Source: Gemmatimonadota bacterium
GTDB taxonomy: Bacteria; Gemmatimonadota; Gemmatimonadetes; Gemmatimonadales; GWC2-71-9
Direction: 5' to 3'
DNA length: 33,987 bases
Assembly (NCBI GenBank): GCA_003221005.1
Contig: QHTZ01000104.1
Span: 1 to 33,987, forward strand
The position numbers and the translations under genes are program-made. The notes beneath the pieces were generated by a model, which made no database searches, was not told the DNA's origin, and was given only the letters and a program-made list of their open reading frames with translations. Shown here one piece after another: positions 26,731 through 33,987 of this stretch. The number at the start of each line of letters is the position of its first letter. Position 1 is the first letter of the stretch.

Positions 26731-27633
26731 GTGACCACGACCGTCGTCTGGCACCCTGCCTGCGGGCTGCACGACGCGGGGGTGGGGCATCCGGAGCGTC
26801 CGGAGCGTATCGCTGCGGTACTCCAGGCGCTTCGCGCGCCGGAGCTGGGCCGGTCGATCGAGTGGTGCGAAGCGACGCCCGTGGAGCGGGAGTCGCTCGT
26901 GGGCGTGCATGGGGCGCGGTACCTCGACCTGCTGGAGCAGCTGGCGGCGCGCGGGGGCGGGGTGCTCGACGCGGACACGATCATGGGCCCGCGCAGCTGG
27001 GAAAGCGCGCTCGCCGCCGCCGGGGTGGCGCGTGGGGCGGTGGAGCGGGGGCTCGAGACCGGCACGGCGTTCGGCGCGACCCGCCCCCCGGGTCACCACG
27101 CGCTCGCGGGACGTGCCATGGGGTTCTGCTTCCTCAACAACGTCGTCATTGCGGCCCGCCACGCGCAGGCCCTGGGCCGCGCGCGTGTGCTGATCGTCGA
27201 TTGGGATGTCCATCATGGCAACGGCACCCAGGCACTGGTGGAGGACGATCCATCGATCCGCTACGTGTCGCTGCACCAGTACCCTTGGTACCCGGGCACG
27301 GGCGCGGCCGAGGAGCGCGGCGTGGGGAACGTCTTCAACGTGCCCCGTCCTCCGAGCCTGGCGCGTGACGTGTACGTGCGCGACCTGCTTGCGGCCGTGG
27401 ACGCCGCCCTCGATGGCTGGCACCCCGATCTGCTGCTCGTGTCCGCGGGGTTCGACTCGCTCGCGGGCGATCCCCTCGGCGGCTTCACGCTCGAGCCGGA
27501 GGACATGGCCCACTGGACGACGGCATTCCGCGAGCGGGTGGCGCCGGCCCCGGTCATCGGCGTGCTCGAGGGCGGGTATGCGCTCGAGGGGCTCGCCCGG
27601 GGCGTCGCCGCGCACGTGCGCGCGCTTGCCTGA
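26731..27633 (+). CDS. Histone deacetylase family protein (Zn-dependent, class II-like)
   Basis: [42 protein letters not shown]...DPLG, LEGGY. Confidence 0.96.
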   Translation: MTTTVVWHPACGLHDAGVGHPERPERIAAVLQALRAPELGRSIEWCEATPVERESLVGVHGARYLDLLEQLAARGGGVLDADTIMGPRSWESALAAAGVARGAVERGLETGTAFGATRPPGHHALAGRAMGFCFLNNVVIAARHAQALGRARVLIVDWDVHHGNGTQALVEDDPSIRYVSLHQYPWYPGTGAAEERGVGNVFNVPRPPSLARDVYVRDLLAAVDAALDGWHPDLLLVSAGFDSLAGDPLGGFTLEPEDMAHWTTAFRERVAPAPVIGVLEGGYALEGLARGVAAHVRALA

Positions 27634-27660
27634 CCCGACGGTGGCGCAGGATACTTGAGC

Positions 27661-28680
27661 ATGCCCCTCAGGCTTGGCACCCAGGTCATCACCCTGAAGA
27701 CTCGCCATCCCTTCGTCATCGCCCGCGGCGGCTCGAGCGACTATCGCGTCGTGTGGGTGCGGCTCGCCGACGCGGACGGTGTGGAGGGGTGGGGTGAGGC
27801 CGATCCCTCGGCGTACTACGGGGAGACGGCCGACACCGTGCTCGCGGCACTGGGCAAGCTCGAGCCTCACCTGCCCGCCGATCCGTTCGATCTGGAGCAG
27901 GCGGAGGCGCGGTTCGCTCAGCTGGCGCCGAACAGCGCGGCCGCCCGCGCCGCCCTGTCCGCCGCACTCCACGATCTCGTGGGGAAGCGCCTGGGGCAGC
28001 CCCTGTGGCGGCTGTGGGGGCTCGACCCTGCGCGCGCCCCGCGGTCGTCGTTCACGATCGCGCTCGACACTCCGGAGCGGATGCGCGAGAAGGTGATCGA
28101 GGCGTCGTCCTACCCGATCCTCAAGATCAAGCTGGGCACCGATCGCGACGAGGAGATCCTGAAGGCCATCCGCGACGCCACCGACAAGCCGATCCGGGTG
28201 GATGCGAACGCGGGCTGGACGCGCGAGCGGGCCTTCCGCATGCTTCCCGTGTTGCGCGACTTTGGTGTGGAGTTCGTGGAGCAGCCGCTTCCGCCGAGGG
28301 ACCTCGAGGGGATTGCGGCGCTGCGGCGCCAGGGCGTGCTTCCGGTGATTGTCGACGAGAGCTGCGTCGTGGCGACGGACGTGCCGCGCGTGGCCGGGGC
28401 GGCGGACGGCATCAACATCAAGCTCGCCAAGTGCGGCTCCTTGCGCGAAGCGCTGCGCATGGTCGCGGCCGCGCGCGCCCAGGGCATGCTGGTGATGGTG
28501 GGTTGCATGATTGAATCGTCATTGGGCATCACGGCCGCGGCGCACTTCACGCCGCTGCTCGACGCCGCGGATCTCGACGGCGCGGCGCTCACGGTGAACG
28601 ATCCGTTCCGGGGCGCGACGATCGAGGGCGGGCAGATCTGCCTGCCGACCGAGCCGGGGCTGGGCGTCCGCCGGCGATGA
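27661..28680 (+). CDS. Dipeptide (L-Ala-D/L-Glu) epimerase, enolase superfamily
   Basis: PFVIARG, KIKLG (KxK), VDANAGW, EQP, DES, NIKL.KCG, GCM.ES, DLDG. Alternative start TTG 27655. Confidence 0.92.
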   Translation: MPLRLGTQVITLKTRHPFVIARGGSSDYRVVWVRLADADGVEGWGEADPSAYYGETADTVLAALGKLEPHLPADPFDLEQAEARFAQLAPNSAAARAALSAALHDLVGKRLGQPLWRLWGLDPARAPRSSFTIALDTPERMREKVIEASSYPILKIKLGTDRDEEILKAIRDATDKPIRVDANAGWTRERAFRMLPVLRDFGVEFVEQPLPPRDLEGIAALRRQGVLPVIVDESCVVATDVPRVAGAADGINIKLAKCGSLREALRMVAAARAQGMLVMVGCMIESSLGITAAAHFTPLLDAADLDGAALTVNDPFRGATIEGGQICLPTEPGLGVRRR

Positions 28681-30923
28681 GCTCGCCTCCGCCGGCCTCC
28701 CTCGCGACTGCCGCCGAGGTCATCCTCCCGCTCCCGGTCCCCCGCCCCTACACCTACCACATCCCCGACGGCCTCGCCGCTCGCGCCGTGCCGGGGGCTC
28801 GGGTGCTCGTGCCCGTACGGCGCCGGCGCGTGATCGGTGTTGTCGCAGGGCTCGTCGCGCCCGAGCCGGGGCGCGACCTCAAGGACGTGCTGGCAGCGCC
28901 TGACGCCGAGCCGGCACTCACGCCTCCCCTGGTGCGCTTAGCGCGCTGGATCGCCAACTACTACGGTACTCCGCTCGGGCTCGCGCTCCGAGCGCTGCTC
29001 CCCGGTCCCCTGTGGCAGGCAGGCCGGCCCGCGGGGCCGCCGGAGACGGGTGAGCGCGTGCTCACCTTGACCCGGCTCCTGCCGTCGCTGCTCGAGCGCG
29101 AGCACGCCTTCAAGCGCTCCGCCAAACGGCGTGCCGCCTACGAGGCCGTCGAAGCGCTGGGCGGCTCGGCGCCGGCACGGCATCTCGTGGCCCAGCTCAA
29201 GCTCTCGCCCGCTGTGCTCGATGGACTGGTGCGGCAGGGACTCGCGCGCTTCGACCTGGTCGCCGCACCGCGCGACCCGTTCGCGGGGCTGTCGTCGCCG
29301 CCGCCCCCGATTCTCACGGCGGATCAGCGTCGCGTCGCGGAGGCGATCATCGCCGCATCGCCCGACGTCCCCACGCTTATCCATGGTGTCACCGGTTCGG
29401 GGAAGACGCTGGTCTATCTGGAGGTCATGCGGCGGCTCGTCGCGGCCGGCCAAGGGGCGATTCTCCTCGTGCCGGAGATTGCGCTCACGCCCCAGACCGT
29501 CGCCCGCGTCCGGGGGGTGTTCGGGGATCAGGTCGCGGTCTTGCATTCCGGGTTGTCCGAAGGCGAGCGGGCGGACGCGTGGCGCGCGCTGCGGCGCGGG
29601 GAGCGCCGCGTGGCGGTGGGCCCCCGCTCCGCCATTTTCGCGCCGGTGCAGAACCTCGGAGTGATCGTGGTGGACGAGGAGCAGGAGTCCACCTACAAGC
29701 AGGGCACGGCGCCGCGCTACCATGCCCGCGACGTCGCCGGGGTGCGGGCGCGGATCGAAGGTGCCCGACTGATCCTCGGCAGCGCGACGCCGTCGCTCGA
29801 AGCGCTCCATCTCGTAGAGCTCGGCAGGATTCGCACGCTCGCGCTGCCCGAGCGGATCGGCGCGCGGCCCCTCCCGCCGGTCGAGGTGATCGACCTCCGG
29901 AGCGCGCCTCGCGTCCCCGAGGCGCGCGGGGTTCCCTGGTCCGAAGCGCTCGACGCGGCGGTGCGGGGCGCCCTCGAGCGCCGCGAGCAGGTCATCCTGC
30001 TCTTGAACCGCCGCGGCTTCGCCACGTACCTGCAGTGCCCCGCTTGCGGCGACGTGCGCGAGTGCCCCCGCTGCGCCATCGCCCTCACCGTGCACCAGAC
30101 CCCGCCGGCGCTGCGCTGCCACTACTGCGGGCACGAGGAGCCGGTCCCGATCGCGTGCCGAGTGTGCGGCAAGGAGACGCAGCGGATGCGTGGGCTTGGC
30201 ACTCAACAGCTCGAGCACTTCGTGGGCTTGCGGTTTCCCGCGGCCCGCACTGCGCGGATGGATCTCGACACGACGAGCACCAAGTGGGCACATCATCGAA
30301 TCCTCGAGCGGGTGGCCCGCCAAGAGATCGACATCCTGCTCGGCACTCAGATGATCGCGAAGGGGCTCGATTTCCCCAACGTGACGGTGGTCGGCGTCGT
30401 GGACGCCGACACCGGTCTCCATCTACCGGATTTCCGGGCGGCAGAGCGGACCTTTCAACTCGTGGCGCAGGTGGCAGGGCGGGCGGGGCGGGGGCCGCGG
30501 GGTGGGCGGGTCTACGTGCAGACCCGCTCGCCAGAGCATCACGCGATCCGGGCGGCGGCCAGCCACTCGGTGAGCGAGTTCGCGGCGGCGGAGCTGCCGC
30601 TGCGGGCGCCGCCCCACCCGGTGTATCCTCCCCACGTGGGGCTGGCGCGCTTCGTCGCGGCGGACGAAGATCCTCGGGTGGCGGAGCGGGCCGCGGCGCT
30701 GGTGGCGGCGTGGCTCGCGCGGGCGAACGCCGAGCGGCTGGGCGGCGCGCTCACGCTGCTTGGCCCCGCGCCCTGCCCGATCTCGCGGCTCAAGGGGCGG
30801 TGGCGCTGGCACCTGCTCGTGAAGGCGGCCGAGCCGCGGGCGCTGGGGCGCATAGTGCGCGCGTTCGGCGCGAGGCCGCGCCGCGGCGTCGTCGTGGACC
30901 GCGATCCCGTGAACCTGCTCTGA
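28677..30923 (+). CDS. priA: Primosomal protein N' (replication restart helicase)
   Basis: HGVTGSGKT.VY, LVPEIALTPQ, DEEQE..YKQ, GSATPSLE, NRRGF, four CxxC motifs, GTQMIAKGLDFP, QVAGRAGR. Confidence 0.98.
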   Translation: MSSPPPASLATAAEVILPLPVPRPYTYHIPDGLAARAVPGARVLVPVRRRRVIGVVAGLVAPEPGRDLKDVLAAPDAEPALTPPLVRLARWIANYYGTPLGLALRALLPGPLWQAGRPAGPPETGERVLTLTRLLPSLLEREHAFKRSAKRRAAYEAVEALGGSAPARHLVAQLKLSPAVLDGLVRQGLARFDLVAAPRDPFAGLSSPPPPILTADQRRVAEAIIAASPDVPTLIHGVTGSGKTLVYLEVMRRLVAAGQGAILLVPEIALTPQTVARVRGVFGDQVAVLHSGLSEGERADAWRALRRGERRVAVGPRSAIFAPVQNLGVIVVDEEQESTYKQGTAPRYHARDVAGVRARIEGARLILGSATPSLEALHLVELGRIRTLALPERIGARPLPPVEVIDLRSAPRVPEARGVPWSEALDAAVRGALERREQVILLLNRRGFATYLQCPACGDVRECPRCAIALTVHQTPPALRCHYCGHEEPVPIACRVCGKETQRMRGLGTQQLEHFVGLRFPAARTARMDLDTTSTKWAHHRILERVARQEIDILLGTQMIAKGLDFPNVTVVGVVDADTGLHLPDFRAAERTFQLVAQVAGRAGRGPRGGRVYVQTRSPEHHAIRAAASHSVSEFAAAELPLRAPPHPVYPPHVGLARFVAADEDPRVAERAAALVAAWLARANAERLGGALTLLGPAPCPISRLKGRWRWHLLVKAAEPRALGRIVRAFGARPRRGVVVDRDPVNLL

Positions 30924-30993
30924 ATGCGGAATGTGGCGCGCGGAATCGAACGCCCCCCATCCATTCCGCATTCCGCATTCCGCATTCCGCATT
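30922..30993. repeat. Intergenic heptamer (CATTCCG)n array with an inverted partner
   Basis: About 4.5 copies of cattccg at 30962-30993; reverse-complement copies gaatgcggaatgtgg...gcggaat at 30922-30946. Confidence 0.9.
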
Positions 30994-31007
30994 AGCTTTC
31001 TCTGTCA

Positions 31008-32132
31008 GTGAACCGCCCCCGCTTCCAGTATCGACCACCCAACTTCGACGCGCCGCCGCTCTCGGGTGCGCCTGATGCGCGCTTCGAGCCCGCTCCCGCC
31101 GACGGAGTTCTCCCCGACGGTTTTTTTTCGACCACGAACCTGCCCACCTACCTGAAGGTGAGCGGGACGTGGCGCCGGCCGCGCCTGCCGCGCATGGACT
31201 GCGTGGTCGTCCGCCAGGCCAGGGACGACCTCCTCGTCACCGAGCCGCGCAAGGTACCGAAGGGCGGGCTGGTTGCGGTGGGCTCGACGGAGGACGGCAG
31301 CGACGGGATTTACGTCCACGCCGAGGGGTTCCTTGCCGGCCGCCACAGCGCCAACGAATTCGGCTTCATGCAGACCGAAGTGTCGCGCGAGCGGCCCGTC
31401 GATTACGCGGTGCTGGCGCAGCTCCTGGGCGAGGAAAAGCAGCGCGGCGGCATGATCGTGTGGGTGGTGGGCCCCGCGCTGGTGCACGCCCGGGCGCGGC
31501 AGGACATGATCTGGTTCATCCGCAACGGCTACGTGGGCGCGATGCTGGGCGGTAACGCGGTGGCCGTGCACGACTTGGAAGCGGCGATCTTCGGCACGAC
31601 GCTCGGGATGTCGAGCTCCGGGGAAGGGGTGGAAGGCGGTCACGCCCTGCACATGCGGGCGATCAACGCCATCCGGCGCGTCGGCTCGATCGCCGCGGCC
31701 GTCGAGCGCGGGCTGGTGACCGAGGGGATCATGCACGCCCTCGTCACCCAGCGCGTGCCCTTCGTCCTCGCGGGCTCGATTCGGGACGACGGGCCGCTGC
31801 CCGAGGTCGTGACCGACACCCAAGAGGCGCAGGACGCGATGCGCGCCTACACGACGCAGGCCACCTTCGCCGTGTTCGTCGCCACCGCCCTGCACGCGAT
31901 CGCCGTGGGGAACATGCTCCCGGCGTTCGTGGACGGCCCCGGCCCGGACGAGTTGCGCCCGCTCACCACGATCTGCGTCGATCAGACCGAGTTTATCGTG
32001 ACGAAGTTACGGGACCGGGGCACGCACCAGGCCTTCGGCGTCGTCACCAACGCGCAGGACTTCATGCACGTCCTGCGTTTCTACGTGGAGCGATGGGAGC
32101 AGGCTCAAACGCCCGCTTCGGTCAGCCGGTAG
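31008..32132 (+). CDS. TIGR00300-like protein (LOR/SDH conserved domain; ArgZ/AgrE C-terminal-like, putative ornithine cyclodeaminase)
   Basis: DGVLPDGFFSTTN.PT, RMDC.VV, FGFM..EVS.ERP, GPALVH, GGNAVAVHD.E...FGT.LG, FVLAGSIRDDGPLP, LHAIAVGNMLP, KL.DRG. Confidence 0.85.
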   Translation: MNRPRFQYRPPNFDAPPLSGAPDARFEPAPADGVLPDGFFSTTNLPTYLKVSGTWRRPRLPRMDCVVVRQARDDLLVTEPRKVPKGGLVAVGSTEDGSDGIYVHAEGFLAGRHSANEFGFMQTEVSRERPVDYAVLAQLLGEEKQRGGMIVWVVGPALVHARARQDMIWFIRNGYVGAMLGGNAVAVHDLEAAIFGTTLGMSSSGEGVEGGHALHMRAINAIRRVGSIAAAVERGLVTEGIMHALVTQRVPFVLAGSIRDDGPLPEVVTDTQEAQDAMRAYTTQATFAVFVATALHAIAVGNMLPAFVDGPGPDELRPLTTICVDQTEFIVTKLRDRGTHQAFGVVTNAQDFMHVLRFYVERWEQAQTPASVSR

Positions 32133-32494
32133 GGCTGGGCCGCGGCCCGGGCTGGCAACAGCTCGCAGCAGCAGTGGCCGCCCACGTGCCGCCGGCGGAG
32201 ATCGAGACGATCTATCTGTTTCGCCCGCTGAAGCGCGAGGGGCGCGAGTGGGGCACCGCCGTGGTGACGCGCAGCGCGGCGGGTGGCGAGGGGGCGGGGC
32301 GGTTGCGGGTCTACACCGCGCGCTACATGCTGGTCGTGCGCGGCAAGGAGCGGGGGCGGTCGAAGGTGGAGGTACAGGAGGTCGCGCTGAGCCCCGCCGA
32401 AGTGCTGGCGCAAGTCATGCGGGCCACGGCCGATCGCACTGGCGACCCGGAGCCACCGGTCGCCCTCGACCGGTCGGCGTGGTACGACGGCTGA
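32093..32494 (+). CDS. Hypothetical protein
   Basis: High-GC3 frame [22 protein letters not shown]...[15 protein letters not shown] fills the gap; start uncertain. Confidence 0.7.
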   Translation: MGAGSNARFGQPVGLGRGPGWQQLAAAVAAHVPPAEIETIYLFRPLKREGREWGTAVVTRSAAGGEGAGRLRVYTARYMLVVRGKERGRSKVEVQEVALSPAEVLAQVMRATADRTGDPEPPVALDRSAWYDG

Positions 32495-32525
32495 GCGAAC
32501 CCTTCACCATGGCGAGGCAACCAGG

Positions 32526-33086
32526 TTGATCGACTCACGCTTGTTCGTGCCGACCAAGGCCTTCCTGACCAAGGGCGTTGGCCGGCACAAGGAGAAGCTC
32601 ACGAGCTTCGAGATGGCGTTGCGGGACGCGCATCTCGCCAACTTTAACCTCGTGCGGGTAAGCTCGATCTTCCCGCCGCACTGCGAGCTCGTCGATCGCG
32701 AAGAGGGGCTGTCCCTCCTCAAGCCCGGTCAGGTTGTCTTCGCGGTTATCGCCGAATCGTCGACCAATGAGCCAAGCCGCTTGGTGGCGGCGTCGATCGG
32801 AGTCGCGATGCCCGCGGACGCGACGCACCACGGCTACATCTCCGAGCACCACAGCTATGGCCAGAACGAGATGGCTGCGGGCGAGTACGCCGAAGACCTT
32901 GCGGCGTCGATGCTCGCGACGGTGCTCGGTGTCCCCTTCGATCCCGAGCAGGCGTGGGACCAGCGGCGCGAGCAGTGGATGCTGTCCGGTGAGATCGTGC
33001 GGACCATGAACGTGACCTCCACCGCCGAGTGCGCCGACGACGGCCGCTGGACGACGGTTGTGTCGGCGGTGTGCTTCTGCGGCTGA
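32526..33086 (+). CDS. pdaD: Pyruvoyl-dependent arginine decarboxylase
   Basis: [29 protein letters not shown] (Ser-Ser self-cleavage site), GYISEHH, YAEDLAA.MLAT.LG. Confidence 0.92.
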   Translation: MIDSRLFVPTKAFLTKGVGRHKEKLTSFEMALRDAHLANFNLVRVSSIFPPHCELVDREEGLSLLKPGQVVFAVIAESSTNEPSRLVAASIGVAMPADATHHGYISEHHSYGQNEMAAGEYAEDLAASMLATVLGVPFDPEQAWDQRREQWMLSGEIVRTMNVTSTAECADDGRWTTVVSAVCFCG

Positions 33087-33793
33087 ATTTCGCGGTGGCC
33101 TTCACGGCCGGCCTGCTGAGTTTCCTGTCGCCGTGCGTGCTGCCCCTGATCCCGAGCTACGTGGGCTTCATCACGGGGCTCTCCACCGAGGAGTTGCAGG
33201 TCCGGCGGGGGACCGCGCTGCTGCACGCGCTGTGGTTCGTCGCGGGGTTCTCCGTCATTTTCCTGGCGCTCGGCGCCACCGCGTCCCAGCTCGGGAGCTT
33301 CCTGCTGCGCTACCAGGTCTGGATCGGGCGCGCCGGGGGCGTGCTGGTCCTCGCCTTCGGACTGTACCTCCTGGGTGTCGCGCGGCCGGCGTTCCTGATG
33401 CGCGAGCGCCGCGTGCAGCTCGCGCGCAAGCCGCTGGGCTACGTCGGGTCGGCGGTCGTGGGGGTAGCGTTCGGGGCCGCGTGGACCCCGTGCATCGGGC
33501 CGATCCTCGGGGCGATCCTCACGCTCGCGGCCACCGCCACGAGCGTCGCGCAGGGCACGGCGCTGCTCGCCATGTACGCCTTGGGACTCGCCGTGCCGTT
33601 CGTCCTCACGGCCGTCGCGCTGGATCGGTTCCTGACGTGGTTCCAGCGCTTTCGTCCCTACCTCATGTGGGTGGAGCGGGTTGCGGGAGGCCTGCTGATC
33701 GTGCTCGGCGTGCTCCTTCTCACCGACCGGTTCACCCTGCTCGCAGGTTACCTCCAGAAGCTGACCCCTGAGTCCTTGAAGAGCCGCCTCTGA
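33071..33793 (+). CDS. ccdA: Cytochrome c biogenesis protein CcdA (DsbD TM domain)
   Basis: [37 protein letters not shown]; start uncertain (GTG 33071 or CTG 33083). Confidence 0.93.
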   Translation: MLLRLNFAVAFTAGLLSFLSPCVLPLIPSYVGFITGLSTEELQVRRGTALLHALWFVAGFSVIFLALGATASQLGSFLLRYQVWIGRAGGVLVLAFGLYLLGVARPAFLMRERRVQLARKPLGYVGSAVVGVAFGAAWTPCIGPILGAILTLAATATSVAQGTALLAMYALGLAVPFVLTAVALDRFLTWFQRFRPYLMWVERVAGGLLIVLGVLLLTDRFTLLAGYLQKLTPESLKSRL

Positions 33794-33856
33794 CGGGAAC
33801 CCCCGTCGCGTGGCTCACTATATTACGGCACGTCCAACCCCCAGGAGAGCGAGACT

Positions 33857-33987
33857 ATGACGCGAAATCACTGGATGCGACTGAGCGCGGCGGTGAGCGT
33901 CGCAGCCCTGCTGGGCTGTGTGAAGGGCGAGCAGGCGGGTCAATCGGCCGACAGCACGGCGCGGAACCTTACGCTCGCGCCGACGGA
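33857..33987 (+). CDS. Putative lipoprotein (3'-truncated by window edge)
   Basis: AGGAG Shine-Dalgarno; MTRNHWMRLSAAVSVAALLG-C lipobox; frame open to the window end. Confidence 0.7.
   Translation, partial: MTRNHWMRLSAAVSVAALLGCVKGEQAGQSADSTARNLTLAPT

Noticed and set aside
26552-26734. 60-aa ORF MKPPSRSS... as the real product
   Set aside because: It has Ser/Arg/Cys-rich shadow composition; the overlapping frame has much better codon usage and a sensible TM architecture.
30922-30993. CRISPR array
   Set aside because: Units are 7 bp with no spacers, and there are no cas genes in the window.

Overview
High-GC bacterial chromosomal window. It is probably from Gemmatimonadota, inferred from gene content and ribosomal-protein style and not proven. 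Positions 1-8712 hold the distal S10-spc ribosomal cluster (rpsC' through rplO, secY, adk, map). Several r-proteins (L24, L5, S5, L30, L15) carry N-terminal extensions, and the usual infA-rpmJ-alpha operon does not follow map. The remainder is mostly housekeeping and metabolic: trpB2, ftcD, suhB, trpS, MgtC, a 2-hydroxyacid dehydrogenase, a PilT-like ATPase, a DHDPS-family aldolase, an M28 peptidase, purA, ypdA, glycerate kinase, glyQS, a zincin, Hsp20, an HDAC, a dipeptide epimerase, priA, a TIGR00300-like protein, a pyruvoyl arginine decarboxylase and ccdA. No tRNA, rRNA, CRISPR array or transposase was seen. The most notable feature is a self-contained minus-strand non-coding unit at about 21530-21880. 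It runs from candidate activator sites and a sigma54-type promoter through a c-di-GMP-I (GEMM) riboswitch with an identifiable terminator/antiterminator to a ~100-nt structured RNA and a strong terminator, with no credible regulated ORF. Other points are a ubiquitin-like protein in a small operon with an HDAC, a PilT paralog with degenerate catalytic motifs, and heptamer repeat arrays. All calls come from reading the sequence by eye; no searches were run.
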